A DNA stretch of 64,000 nt, taken from NCBI GenBank assembly GCA_964106645.2, contig OZ067038.1; one strand, 5' to 3'. Both the position numbers and the translations under genes were made by a program. The DNA is from Podarcis pityusensis. Taxonomy: Eukaryota. Below the pieces are notes generated by a model. It had not been told where the DNA came from. It did not search any database and saw only the letters and a program-made list of their open reading frames with translations. The first letter of the stretch is position 1, and every line of letters begins with the position of its first letter. Shown one piece after another: positions 1 through 33,900 of the stretch.

Positions 1-302
1 CCTTCCTTCCCTCCTCCGTGGCTCGCTTGCTTTGAAACAGCAAAGCGGGAGAAGAGCCGCTGAGTGGGGAGAAGAGAGGGACAGAGAGCCTGGTTACAAA
101 GCATGGATTCACATGGATCCTCAGGATTTTTGCACTGGGTCACCCCAAATTCACCGTCAGATCACATGTCTGTGGCCACAGCATGAACCACAAAAATCAT
201 ACATCCACTGTTTCATTTAGAATATTTTTTTTGTTTGTTTTCCTCCTCTAAAAACTATATGCGTGTTATGGTCGGGTGCGTGTTATAGAGTGAAAAATAC
301 GG
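1..302. mobile_element. Right end of a Tc1/mariner-type non-autonomous DNA transposon
   Basis: Ends in GTGTTATAGAGTGAAAAATACGG followed by TA; other end lies outside the window. Confidence 0.55.
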
Positions 303-304
303 TA

Positions 305-990
305 ATTATCTGTTCTAGAACCTTTCCTGGTATCGAAGTCAAGCTGACTAATCAGTAGTTACCTGGGTCTTCTCCCCCCCCCCCTTTTGAAGCTAGATAC
401 TACTTTTGCCCACCTCCAGTCTGCAGAGACCTCCCCTGTTCTCCAAGAATTCTCAAAGATTATAGGCAGAGACTCTGAGATTACATTCTCAAGCTCCTTT
501 AGTACCCTAGGGTGCAGCTCATCAGGCCCTGAAGATTTCAATTCATTTAAAGTAGCTAGGTGTTTCCTAACTACCTCTTTTCCTCTCTTGGGCTGCAGCT
601 CCCTCCTTACATCATTTATTCTGTTATTACAAGGTTGGGCATTGGACAGAGGCAAAGTAGGTGTTGAATAGTTCTGCCTTCTGTCTGTCACCCAATAACA
701 TTGCTTTGTCTTCTCCACAAAGCTCATTATGAGCTTTAGCAGCCATCCTGACCTTCATCCTTGTTGGCTACTCGTGTATACTCCTCCTTTGTGATTTCCC
801 CTTTCTTCCATTTCTTATACATGCCCTTAACTCCCAGCTCACCTTTAATAGGTTTCTTTAGCACCGCCTCAGTTTCCTGTGCATAAATGAAGCTATTATC
901 CCCAGTACCAGGTGCTCCCCTGTCATCTGTAATATTGTCCCCTCCCTCCCTTCAGGATTTAGTTTAAAACTCTCCTGTTCAGGTTCGCGA
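305..990 (-). mobile_element. CR1 LINE ORF2 fragment(s)
   Basis: KSSGPDELHPRVLKELENVISESLPIIFENSWRTGEVSADWRWAKV is typical CR1 pre-RT sequence; boundaries approximate. Confidence 0.85.
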
Positions 991-2122
991 AACTAAATCC
1001 CACATTTTAGAGCTGTGTGTATCACTGGTGTTTCATAACATAAATAAATATTCACAGAATATTCTAATAATCTAGTTGTAAGAGTACTGCATTACTGCAA
1101 GTAGTTTCCCCCCCCCCCCCTTCTCTAGGGTAGAATGACTATGTTACTGTACTGCCAGTTCAAACGTGTACTGCCTGGAAACATGCAAAATATACAAGAT
1201 CTTATTTTTTCAAATATAAGGCAGTCCTAGAAAAAGACACATGATTCTCTTGTGGCCTCATGTGATTGTGTTGTGGGAAGTTTGCTTATTAGCAAATATA
1301 CAGTAACTTCTGTAGTAAGCTGTTTTAAATCAAAATTAAATCAAAATTAAGAATGTAACTCCACAATGGCTTTCAACAGTCTTGGAGACTACAGTCGCAA
1401 AGCAGCTCATAAATTCTTTAAGAAGGTAGTCATAATCGCACCTGGGGAGAGCCGTCAGATTTATAAACTTGATAATTACCTAGTTTTCACTATGGGAAAC
1501 AGAATGCTGGACTGAGACCTTTTGTCTTCTCTTGCATGTTCTTATCACCCTGGCGAGAAACAATTCCTCCTTCTATTGGCATTAGGAGCAAGGAACAGCT
1601 TAAAATGAATGGATACTGCCACCACTGAAACCATATATAACTATTATTTATTACTGTTGCTTTAACAGAATGTTTTTATTAAGAGTTTCTGTGGGGACTC
1701 GCAGCAAATAATTTGTACAGATATAAATCGCCCGAAACACTCACACATCAAACAGCACATAAGGATTTTGCATAAAAAATATAGTTGGCATGTGTTATGA
1801 AATCGGTAAAACAGAGCTCCATCCTAAGGTTCTGTCTTTTGGGTTGTATCTTCCTGAAGATTCAGCTTTATGCTGGCTGGAGAGGAAATGATCTCTTCTT
1901 GTCCACTTCCATTCCACAGCCATTCTCTCAAATGGATTGGCACTCGGGAACTAACATTTACAGCCTCTTAGAACGTAAAGTTCATCAACAAACAAGGAAC
2001 TTAAAGAGCTAGGAAAATTCATGACTCACTTTAAAACGTTTAGGGAAACCTCACTGCTCTTAATGACTTCAGACCTTACAGAATGGAGACGAATGCTATC
2101 ATCCAGACTGAGGTTCTGAGCT

Positions 2123-2474
2123 TAAGGTAAAGGGACCCCTGACCATTAGGTCTAGTTGTGGCCGACTCCGGGGTTGCAGCGCTCATCTCGCTTTATTGGC
2201 CGAGGGAGCCGGCGTGCAGCTTCCGGGTCATGTGGCCAGCATGACTAAGCCGCTTCTGGTGAACCAGAGCAGCGCACGGAAACGCCATTTACCTTCCCGC
2301 CGGAGTGGTACCTATTTATCTACTTGCACTTTGACGTGCTTTCGAACTACTAGGTTGGCAGAAGCAGGGACCGAGCAACGGGAGCTCACCCCATCGCAGG
2401 GATTCGAACTGCGACCTTCTGATTGGCAAGTCCTAGGCTCTGTGGTTTAACTCACAGCGCCACCCGCGTCCCTC
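2123..2474 (-). mobile_element. Sauria-type SINE
   Basis: tRNA-like head, ACCTTT-type tail, 13-bp TSD GAGGTTCTGAGCT. Confidence 0.9.
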
Positions 2475-2664
2475 GAGGTTCTGAGCTAGTTGTCCATAAA
2501 AGTGACAGCTCTCTGCCTCACCTCTCCTACTGGGTATGCGCAGCTTTGTCTGAGTGATGTACATCAGTGGGTTATACATGCACAGCAGGAGGAATGGAGC
2601 ATCCTAGTCTCAGCCCCCACCCAAAGAAGAGGACCTTGAACCTTTTCTCTTTGATGTATTCTAG

Positions 2665-2803
2665 GGTCGTCTTTTCTCATATCCAGATACTCACAGATAT
2701 CGCCTGGGACCCAACTTCCTTCAAATTCCTGTAAACTGTCCATACCGTACTCGGATTGCCAACTACCAGAGAGATGGACGTATGTGCGTTTCTGATAACC
2801 AAG
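2665..2803 (+). CDS. Catalase paralog exon 9 ([46 protein letters not shown])
   Basis: CTAG| acceptor, |GTAATT donor, Tyr358 retained. Confidence 0.95.
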
Positions 2804-4334
2804 GTAATTCCAAAAGGTGTCTTCTGGAAATAATCTGCAATATCATGTGCAAGGACTTTCTCTTCCTCTGCGTTTGTAACATGGTCTGAATATGTGATCT
2901 AATATTCCTTCAGGTTAGATGCTTAACTGTGAGTGAAATCCATCACAACTTCTGCTCATGTAGTAGGACTTTAATTTACTCTGTTCCTTCCTATAGCCCC
3001 CCACCCCCAAAATATGTTAAGGAGAATCCCCCAACACCTTCAGAACAGATTCGGGGGATGTGCTGCGGTCAGTAGAGCCGAGGAAGGGGAAGGCCTGTTG
3101 TGTGAACAGAAGTCTGTTAAAGTTTGTGCCCTGGCACAATGGAATACAATGGTACCTCGGGTAAAGTGCTTAATTCATTCCGGAGGTCTGTTCTTAACCT
3201 GAAACTGTTCTTAACCTGAAGCACCACTTTAGCTAATGGGGCCTCCTGCTGCTGCCGTGCCGCCAGAGCACAATTTCTGTTCTCATCCTGAAGCAAAGTT
3301 CTTAACCTGAAGCAATATTTCTGGGTTAGCAGAGTCTGTAACCTGAAGTGTATGTAACCTGAAGCGTATGTAACCCAAGGTACCACTGTATTGCCCTTTG
3401 TGGACTTTTACTTTTCTTTTGAAGCATATTTGACCTTATTTTAGCCATATGGATTCATACTTTTAAAAAATCAAAATACATTTTCATCTATAGAGAAACA
3501 AGGAACGAATGCATGAGCATACTGCAAGCAGTCGTTTTGCCTCCAAGCATTTATACCTACTGGTAGGAAAAATGTAATAAAATTATATTTAAAGTCATGC
3601 CAAGGTGATTGTACTGCTTCAAAGATCTTCTGTAAATTAAGCTTTGGTGCTCAACCAAGAGCTTATAATAGGCAGGTAGCTGATCTTTCTTGAATGTTCT
3701 ACTAGATTCCATTCAGAGTATTCTGTTTATCAGTAAGGACATGCAAACAAGAGTAGTATTTAAGAAATTAAGTAACTGGGAAACAATATCCTGATCAGTT
3801 TTCACTTGGACATCAGGATCAAATAGGAATTGGAGAGTGAGTGAGTTGAGAGACTCCAGCTGACATTTTATCTAAAAAGAGCTATTGCTGTACACTGACC
3901 TTTTTTTGCAAATGTTGATAGCTAGGTATGTGGCACTCCTAAAACACGCATACAAACATATATATTTTTCTAGATGGTGCTCCAAATTATTACCCCAACA
4001 GTTATACTGGCCCTGAAGACCAGCCCAGTGTGAAGGAGAGCAACATGTTTCTTTCCGGTGATGTACAACGCTTCAATAGTGCAGATGAGGACAATGTGTC
4101 TCAAGTAAGCAGAGTCGAAATGGAAGATTACCTTATTTTGGACATGAGTTGAATATACAAGCTGAATTCATTTTAATGAAATGAATTGACTTGCTGGAGA
4201 CATCTGCAAAATGCCTGCTTTGAAATGGGTTGAAGGTTTTTTGTGATATAGTTCCATATTGTAGAAACTTAGCTGTAGCTTCCCTATGCCATTACTGCAT
4301 TACCCTTTTGTTACTCTATCAAGTTGTAGAGTTT

Positions 4335-4376
<42 letters not shown>

Positions 4377-6860
4377 AGATCAATGAAAGCTCTTTTCTAG
4401 GCCTGTATGCAATCCTAGACCTACTCTGGGGAGACCCACTGAAATCAATGAACATGACTAACTCAGGTTTATTCATTTCAATGGGACTGCTCTGAGCAAA
4501 ACTTTACTGGATACAACTCATTGTAACCTGTGCCTAACAGCAGGCAGAAGCTCTCCAACAGAGCACTCCTAGCTACAGGAGGGTGCTGTAAGTTACCCCT
4601 ATTCCAAACTCTGTCCAGGGGCCTCTGGGAGGAGCTCTGCAGGCTGAGGCCACAGGTGAGTTCCTGCCAGAGTTTTGAGAATTGGGCCCAAGGTCAAATG
4701 GCTGACCTAAGCAAGGTTTGGAATAGGTGCAAGCATGTCCTTGTCTTGTCTTGGCCCTGGAATTCCCCCTCCGTGACCAGGGCCATCTTACCCATAGGGG
4801 TGCAGGGCACCCGAGCACCGGGCTCTCAGGGGCGGCAGGCCAAGAATCCGGGGCCCAAGAGTTGAGTCCGGGGAAGAGCCCACCCGACGGTCGGAGCACC
4901 GCGGTGGGCTCTTCTGCTGCGGCAGGCTCTGCGCCACGAGTTCGGGGGCGACCAAGGCAGCGAGATGCTGAGGCGGCCGGCCAGCTTCGTCCTCCTACGC
5001 GCCTGGGACTGGGCAACCTGGGGGGGGGGTCCACCGGGTGGATCTTTGCACCCCAGCGCCACATATGCTTAAAACAGCGCTGGCTGCCACTGCCGCTTTT
5101 TGGAATTAGGCCTGTGTAAATTACTTTGGCTTAAGTTCAAGCAGCTGAGCCAAGGTGAGCATCTTATGCCAGCATATGTCGGGCTCAAACAGGATGAAAG
5201 GTTTATGCTAATATAGGCCTGACTGAGCACCAGCTTAGCCAGGAAAGCCCAAGTTCTGCCAAAAGCAAACTTTCTCATCCTGGTGGTGGCTTTGGATTGT
5301 GCTGTAAATTGAAAACCTGAGACACATCTCAGGAATAAGGCTGGTGGACATCCCTTCTGTTTCCTGTGTTGGTGGTGGAGTTTAAAGTTAGTAGTGAGAA
5401 TTTCTCTTAGCTCAGTTTTTATGTTATTTTAGAAAACGTCTGAATATAATTATTCAGCACAAGATGCTCCCATAACGAGAGACAAATTTATTTTCATTTA
5501 AAGGTACGCATATTCTATACCAAAGTGCTGAATGAGGAAGAGCGCGAGAGGCTTTGTGAAAACATTGCTAGTCACCTTAAAGATGCTCAGCTTTTTATTC
5601 AGAAGAGGGCTGTAAGTGAAACTGCTACTTTTATCTGATGATATCTGAACTATCCTTCTAATGTACATCCTACAATAATTTTAGAAGATAGAGTTCTATA
5701 TAAACATATTGTAAAATGCATAAAAATATAATGTAAGACAGAGAAAATGTTTAAGCTTGAAAAGTTATCCAGCTTTCTAATTACTGAAAGTGCTTTTTGA
5801 AATACTATTTAAAATAGGATAAATAATAGCAGAATAGCTAGCACAGTACTTCTAGCTATGGAAAGACAGCCTCCGTGCTTGCTTTTTCAAGTAAGACCTG
5901 GATATATTTAGGACTGTTTTGGTCCATGCTGTAGCACAGAAAGTGCATGAACAAAGCTACGAACAAAGCAAAAATTACATTTCAACTTTGGAGGGAAGAT
6001 TTGTAATACTATGGTCACAGGAGGTAATTTGGAAGCTCTTTCATTCAAACCCAGTTAGTAGTTTCAAATCTCCATGTCACTAGCAGATGGCATAGTTTAC
6101 ATATAATTTGAGAAGGTAAATTTAAGAAATTCAAGTGTTGGTGCTGACCTTTAAAGCCCTAAATGGCCGCAGACCAGTATACCTGAAGGAGCGTCTCCAC
6201 CCCCATCGTTCAGCCCAGACACTGAGGTCCAGCGCCGAGGGCTTTCTGGCGGTTCCCTCACTGCGAGAAGCAAAGTTACAGGGAACCAGGCAGAGGGCCT
6301 TCTCAGTTGTGGCGCCCACCCTGTGGAACACCCTCCCACCAGATGCCAACGAAATAAACAACGATCCAACTTTTAGAAGACATCTGAAGGCAGCCCTGTT
6401 TAGGGTTGTTTTTAACGTTTGATGCTTTATTGTGTTTTTAATATTCTGTTGGGAGCTGCCCAGAGTGGCTGGGGAAACCCAGCCAGATGGGTGGGGTATA
6501 AATAATAAATTATTATTATAACATCATAGAGGAGGCTGCTGTATCAGGCTCATGGTCCATCTAGTCCAGCATCCTGTACTCACAGTAGCCAACCTGAGCA
6601 CCCCAGCAGGATAGGTGCACAACAGCACTCTGCCCACCTGCAGTTCCCAGCAAGTGGAATTCAGAGACTTACTGTCTCTGACCATGGAGGTGGAACGTGG
6701 GAAGAGAAGGGGCTTTGGATGAAATCTTAATGCAGGCTTATATTTGCTCTTCAACTTCTCTTTGCCAATCTAGGTGAAAAACTTTGCTGATGTTCATCCT
6801 GATTATGGTGCCCGCATCCAAGCCCACCTGGACAGGTACAATGCTAAAGGCAGTAAAAAG
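2665..6860 (+). CDS. Second catalase paralog (catalase-like), exons 9-12; 5' exons outside window; terminal exon not identified
   Basis: Four in-frame GT-AG exons of 139/131/108/87 nt with no stop codons. About 20 of 155 aa differ from the - strand CAT. Introns are also homologous. Confidence 0.93.
3147..3388. mobile_element. Tc1/mariner (Tigger-like) MITE
   Basis: TA-flanked CAGTGGTACCTCGGGT-type TIRs, internal AACCTGAAG repeats. Confidence 0.85.
3974..4104 (+). CDS. Catalase paralog exon 10 ([43 protein letters not shown])
   Basis: 131 nt, canonical splice sites. Confidence 0.95.
4337..4374. repeat. (CA)n microsatellite
   Basis: Seen directly. Confidence 0.95.
4778..5082. mobile_element. 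Probable GC-rich non-autonomous DNA transposon in paralog intron 10
   Basis: Imperfect TIRs (CAGGGCCATCTTA / TAAAACAGCGCTG); not seen in the homologous CAT intron; right end recurs at ~58575-58616; no clean TSD. Confidence 0.5.
5504..5611 (+). CDS. Catalase paralog exon 11 ([36 protein letters not shown])
   Basis: 108 nt, canonical splice sites. Confidence 0.95.
6129..6520 (+). mobile_element. L2 3' fragment in intron 11 of the catalase paralog
   Basis: Close copy of ~43110-43495; absent at the homologous site in CAT intron 11 (~12841). Confidence 0.9.
6774..6860 (+). CDS. Catalase paralog exon 12 ([29 protein letters not shown])
   Basis: 87 nt, CTAG| acceptor and AAG|GTATGG donor. Confidence 0.94.
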
Positions 6861-7343
6861 GTATGGGAGCATCTTCAGTTTACTTGGTGTTGAGTGGCTA
6901 AGGCATTAAGAAGTAACTTGCAGTAGACCAAATGTTTACACTAAGTTTCAGTGGTTTGGTTTTGGAAATGTAAAACTGCAAAAAGAACTCCACTCACACA
7001 GAATGGCTCCACTGGAGGAAGAGGTCATTTTTATTGATTCTTCCTTCCCTGTGTAGTCCCCTTAACTCCTGTTTTTTATGCGTAAATGCATGAACATAAC
7101 CATGCTTAATTTGGCTGTTGTTTTTTCAAAAGCAAACATAGCAATCTTGTAATGAGAGTAATAAAAACCAAACTCTGTTTTTATCAAGTTTTAAAGTGAT
7201 GTACATTTGATATGATGGTTACTTTATTATACCTCAAAATAACCAGAGGGTTTCCCCCTCTAATTAAAATGGCAGTTCTGAACTTACTAATCAAGATAGA
7301 AAATCAATATTGGGCATAGGCTGTGAGAATATTGAAGCTTTAA

Positions 7344-7700
7344 GGTAAAGGTAAAGGGACCCCTGACCATTAGGTCCAGTCGTGGCCGACTCTGGGGTTG
7401 CAGCGTTCATCTCACTTTATTGGCTGAGGGAGCCGGCGTACAGCTTCCGGGTCATGTGGCCAGCATGACTAAGCCACTTCTGGCGAACCAGAGCAGCGCA
7501 CGGAAACGCCGTTTACCTTCCCACCAGAGCGGTACCTATTTATCTACTTGCACTGTGACATGCTTTCAAACTGCTAGGTTGGCAGGAGCAGGGACCGAGC
7601 AACAGGAGCTCACCCCATCGCGGGGATTCAAACAGCCGATCTTCTGATCGGCAAATCCTAGGCTCTGTGGTTTAACTCACAGTGCCACCCACGTCCCTTT
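7344..7700 (-). mobile_element. Sauria-type SINE
   Basis: Full length, TSD TTGAAGCTTTAA. Confidence 0.9.
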
Positions 7701-7949
7701 TTGAAGCTTTAAATAAGGGGTAAATCTGGATTTGTTCTGGGAGGCATTTCCACCTGATTTAGTGTACCCTCCTTCCACTGCCCTTCCCCACAGCAACTAG
7801 ACTTTGGGTTGGAGGAACTTCCTCTCTCCTCCCAAAGTGGGACTGGACAGTATTATCAGTGGGAAATGTTATACCAGAGTTGTACATGTGTATCCTGGTG
7901 GGGATGCCATGCTGTGGTATTGTTTCATATAAAAGTTATAAAGTGGTGC

Positions 7950-9480
7950 TATGTTTTTATGAAGTCATCAGATTCCTGTTCACCATTCAAAGCTTTCAGA
8001 TACTTAGTGAGCTTTTTTTGTCTCCTCAGGGATGAGTTCAGGTTTTCCAGCTTCTTCCATGTTTGGGCAATCACCTTCCATGATGTTATGAGGAGGAAAC
8101 TATTCCATTATTCTAGGTTTAATCTTTTGGATCATCATGGGAAACTGACAATAAAGTGAGCTGTGGTGAACACTGAACCATTTGATGTCAGATGAGACTT
8201 ATTTCTGTATGAACCTCAGTCCAAAAACATGGCACTTTGGTGTGTGCTTTTCCAATCCTGCCGCATTCTCTCCAATACAGCAGGGAAGAAGCTGCTGGGT
8301 AGATGTGATGGCATTGTTGTGGAGCCAGCGGCAAAACAGCTTAAAGGTGTTGTCTCTGATTTTTGTCTTTACAGATAACCCGGTTTTTGGCCCACAATAC
8401 ACCAGTCCCCTGTTCCATCTGAATCCACAGATCAGATTTCCAAATTTGTTTCAGAGAATCGAAATTTTCTGTCTTAATATCACAAATAATTTTATAAAGA
8501 ATAGACAGCATCCTCTTTGAGTTTGGGGTTGAATTGAGCACTAAGTTTTCAACCGGGGTTTGTTCTCTGATGGATAAGGAAAGGACACTGATTGGTGGCA
8601 AAATGGACCGCTTGGTGTATATAAAACCAATCTATCCTGCCTGCCTGGTAATTTAGTAGCCAGCTCATCGGCCTTTATAGGTAAATTATTATCATATAGA
8701 TCTCTAACTCAGTAGAGTTCCACTTCTTGCCATGTATCCCTGCTGATCCTCGCCATGCTGTTCCCTGTCTTGATTTTGAAACTGTGAGTGGAATATGAAA
8801 GTAATCAAAGGTGAGACTGAGGGTTTAGGGATCTAGGAGCACCACACCTGAAGACCTGCAGGTGTAAATGGATTGGAAATTTGAGTGCAAAAATAATTTA
8901 CAATGGACCAAGAAGGGTACGGCTAGGAGTCACTTGGGTTTTTTGTATGAAGGCATAAGCAATCCTTAGGATTGTGTATAATTTTTACAATATTATGTAG
9001 GTGGGCAGTTTCATTTGCCCTGGTGGACATAAGTCACAATTAACTTCTTTAAACACTCAAATGGAACTGACAAAAATTGTCAGTGCCACCATTTTCACAG
9101 CTGATACCCAGCTCATCTACGGCATATGGGTTGCAGCCGAAGCTTAAAGTTTGTTTTAAGTTCTTTGAAATGGAGATTAAAATTTAATCATTGTAGTGAA
9201 GTCCAGAATTTGCTCCCCATTGTATTGGAAATCTTTCTGAATATTGTCTGTTCACCCTGGCCACCACCCTACTACCGAGGTACAAGTTCATTGCCAAAGT
9301 TTGCATTAGCTAAGAGGGTAAATAGGACGTTCCAAAGAACTTTGTCAAATGCTTTGAGGGTTACACAGCGATTGTCCTAAGATTTCCCATGGCTGCTTAA
9401 GGGCAAGAGGAAGAGGAGCTTGCCTAGCGTTTAAACCAAGTGATCATAGGGTATAGGAGTATGGGATAAAAAGACAGGAA
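7950..9480 (-). mobile_element. Degenerate L1/Tx1-like LINE ORF2 3' remnant between the two catalase genes
   Basis: Broken frames LKQIWKSDL...IRDNTFKLFCRW...C...H resemble the LINE C-terminal zinc-binding region; boundaries uncertain. Confidence 0.5.
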
Positions 9481-10300
9481 GTGTCTTACAGCAGAATGAA
9501 GACAGAATGTGTTAGACTGGGACAGCTGTATTTGTGGTGGTGAAGATCAGGTTTTGTGGCAAACCGATGTGAAAACGCCTTTAAAAAAAAAAAGAACTTA
9601 CTTTCAAAAGTACATTTTATAAGCCTTGTGATCTGTTTTTGGCTTTCACTTAACATTATGAAACAATTGAATGTCATTTCCTGTGCTATACAGGAATACA
9701 GTGTTTGGCTGCAAAAGCAGTGTCATCTGCTTAAAGAGTAGGGAAGGGCTGAAACAGCTTGAACTCAAAGCTTTCCATTGATGCGATCTCCCCTTATCTA
9801 TAAAAATCTCTTAAAAGCTGCACTTCCTCTGCTCTTTCTCTCTCAAACATAACTGCAGCTTTGTCTTTTTTTCTCACCAAACCTCACCCTGCAGCTGATC
9901 CCATGCATATATACTCAGAAGTAATCCCTACGAAGCTCAATGGCAGATGTGCATAGGACTGCAACATTAGAGGTTTGCTCCCATGCACCTTTACTGAAAA
10001 GGAAGCTGGTGTTTTATTTCACTTGGTTGAAAGCTGGCATCAAAGCCTTGAAATCTTTCTCTGTTTTACCCCTCTTTACCTGGAGTATCAGCTGATACCC
10101 TTCATATTGAGAACATCTGGACTGTTGAGCGGGGGGGGGGCATGAAAGGGGCTATAAATTAGCAGGAAGGGAGGAAAGCTATGAATTCTCCAAGGGAGAC
10201 TGTGTTATGTCATCCTAACATTTGTATGTACATAGTCAGGCTGTTTACTCTGGCACCAGTACATTCCCCCGTTTTTTTAATCCCTGTACATATGATGTTA

Positions 10301-10648
10301 AGGGATGCGGGTGGCGCTGTGGGTTAAACCACAGAGCCTAGGACTTGCCGATCAGTAGGTCTGCGATTCAAATCCCTGCGATGGGGTGAGCTCCCGTTGC
10401 TCGGTCCCTGCTCCTGCCAACCTAGCAGTTTGAAAGCACGTCAAAGTGCAAGTAGATAAATAGGTACCACTCTGGCGGGAAGGTAAAGTGTTTCCGTGCG
10501 CTGCTCTGGTTCTCCAGAAGCGGCTTAGTCATGCTGGCCACATGACCCGGAAGCTGTACGCCGGCTCCCTCGGCCAGTAAAGCGAGATGAGCGCCACAAC
10601 CCCAGTCAGCCACGACTAGACCTAATGGTCAGGGGTCCCTTTACCTTT
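10301..10648 (+). mobile_element. Sauria-type SINE
   Basis: Full length, TSD TACATATGATGTTA. Confidence 0.9.
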
Positions 10649-11145
10649 TACATATGATGTTACCTGTGGACTACAGCTATCTTAGTAGTTTCTTCCGAAA
10701 CAGTACATTTTAATGCTGTTTTTCCCAAGTAGGCTTATCCCAGGTGTGTACAATTGAAACAGAATTTCCAGGGCTGGAGAAACCAGCCAGGTAATATGTG
10801 TTGAGTGAAGACATCTGTCTCCACACACTGGTGTGAATATATGCTAGGAGACTTTAATACACATCAAATCATCCTGATGTGTACATTGAGTACAAATTTG
10901 ATTTGGCTCCTTCCACTTTTCTTCATGCCAAATATCAGAACAAAAAAGTACTGACTGGTGAGTTAAGTTACAGGATTGGGAGAAAGAATCCTGCATGTTC
11001 TTCCTTTTATTTTCAACTCCCCCCCACACTTTACTTATGAATGAAGACACCATCATATGTAAGTTGACCCACAGAACTAGATCTAAAAGTAAACGGTTAC
11101 CAAAAATCCATAGATAAATGTGAAACATTTCATTATAACAATAAT

Positions 11146-11151
11146 TTTATT
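11146..11151 (-). terminator. Candidate polyadenylation signal of CAT
   Basis: AATAAA on the - strand ~680 nt after the stop, followed by U-rich sequence. Other AATAAA motifs lie near 11351 and 11402. Confidence 0.45.
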
Positions 11152-11827
11152 TGAGAATAGGCACTGTAATAATTCTCCAGTATAATGGATTACCTTGTTT
11201 CTGTAAATATATTTATGTCAAAATGAAGTTAAAAAAAAGGAAAATATGATCGAATATGTGTTTCAAATATAGCTCCTGTAATCCACCGTGCATCAAAGTC
11301 TGATAAATTTAGTGCCACTGCAAGATAAAACTGCTTGCATAATGGGAGCATTTATTAAAATGTGCTCTTTTTAAAATGTTAATACCTCTATGAGTAAGTA
11401 TTTTATTCACCTGTTGCTGTATTGATTTTAACATAGTCAGTAGAAGATATACCATCAAAATATTATGCAAGTTCTTTTGGGTAAATAAATGCATGGTTAG
11501 TTATAAGAATACAAAAATAAGGCAAACCATTTGATTAATTTTGCAAAAGTAGACAAAAAGTTACTGTAGCCATATATTTCAGTCATACTACTGAAAAGTG
11601 ATTGCCAGTACAGATCAATTTTAACAGTCTAGACAGAATGTTTTACAAGGCATAAGATTATAATTCAATTAGTTTTTAATCACAAATGCAAACTTCAATG
11701 GTTCTGCCTTGCAACTGCCACAACAAAGGAGATTTCAAGAAAAACATGAATATTTGCAGGATTAAGGCTTGTTTTCCAGTTGGACGGATGCAAATGCAGT
11801 GATCAATGGGACCACAGGTCATACTTT

Positions 11828-33418
<21,591 letters not shown>

Positions 33419-33900
33419 TTTGTGCCACTTGGGCGAGACCCCTGCTGCGACGCGCGACGACTTTCGGCACCGACGAGCTCCTGTGAGGGAGGCGAGTTTC
33501 TGCTGAGGAGCGCGATTCACAAACACACACACACACCCGCGACCAGCAAGTACAAGCCTCCCGGTCCACCTCCGAGGCGGCAGAGAATCCGAGAACGAAA
33601 GCAAACCCGAGGCACGCCAACTGCCTTCAGCATAGCCCCGCCTTTCTCAGTCCCGATTGGCTAGAAGGTTTCTTCACCGAAGCCCCTCTCGAATGCTTAT
33701 TGGGAGTCGGGCGAGTTAGAGGCGGGGAAAACATGCCGAAAAGCAAGAGCTTGCGAGGAGGAGGAGTCACGAAGGGTAAAGGGTGTGAAGAGAAAAGTGG
33801 TTTGGCAAAGGGCTCTGAGGAGCCCGCAGGGGAAAGCTGGAAGCGGGATACAGGGCGGAAAAGGGGGGCGGGAAGGCTTATAGGGTTGAAGAGGAGAAAC
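33419..33900 (-). promoter_or_regulatory. CAT 5'UTR and CpG-rich promoter
   Basis: CpG-rich; CCAAT boxes on the - strand at 33656-33660 and 33699-33703; several GC boxes at ~33720-33870; no obvious TATA box, as in mammalian CAT promoters. Confidence 0.7.

Noticed and set aside
2665-6860. The second catalase copy as a haplotig or assembly duplicate
   Set aside because: About 15% exon divergence and different TE content are far beyond allelic variation
9694-9741. Acceptor followed by EYSVWLQKQCHLLKE*, with LAAKAVSSA* in another frame, as a possible exon 13
   Set aside because: The LAAK similarity is out of phase and too short. It cannot be excluded without cDNA, but it has no PTS1 either way.
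9895-9924. Acceptor followed by LIPCIYTQK*, as a possible exon 13 of the paralog
   Set aside because: The sequence belongs to a dispersed hairpin repeat also seen near 29760-29850 and 52880-52965, so the YTQ match is probably chance
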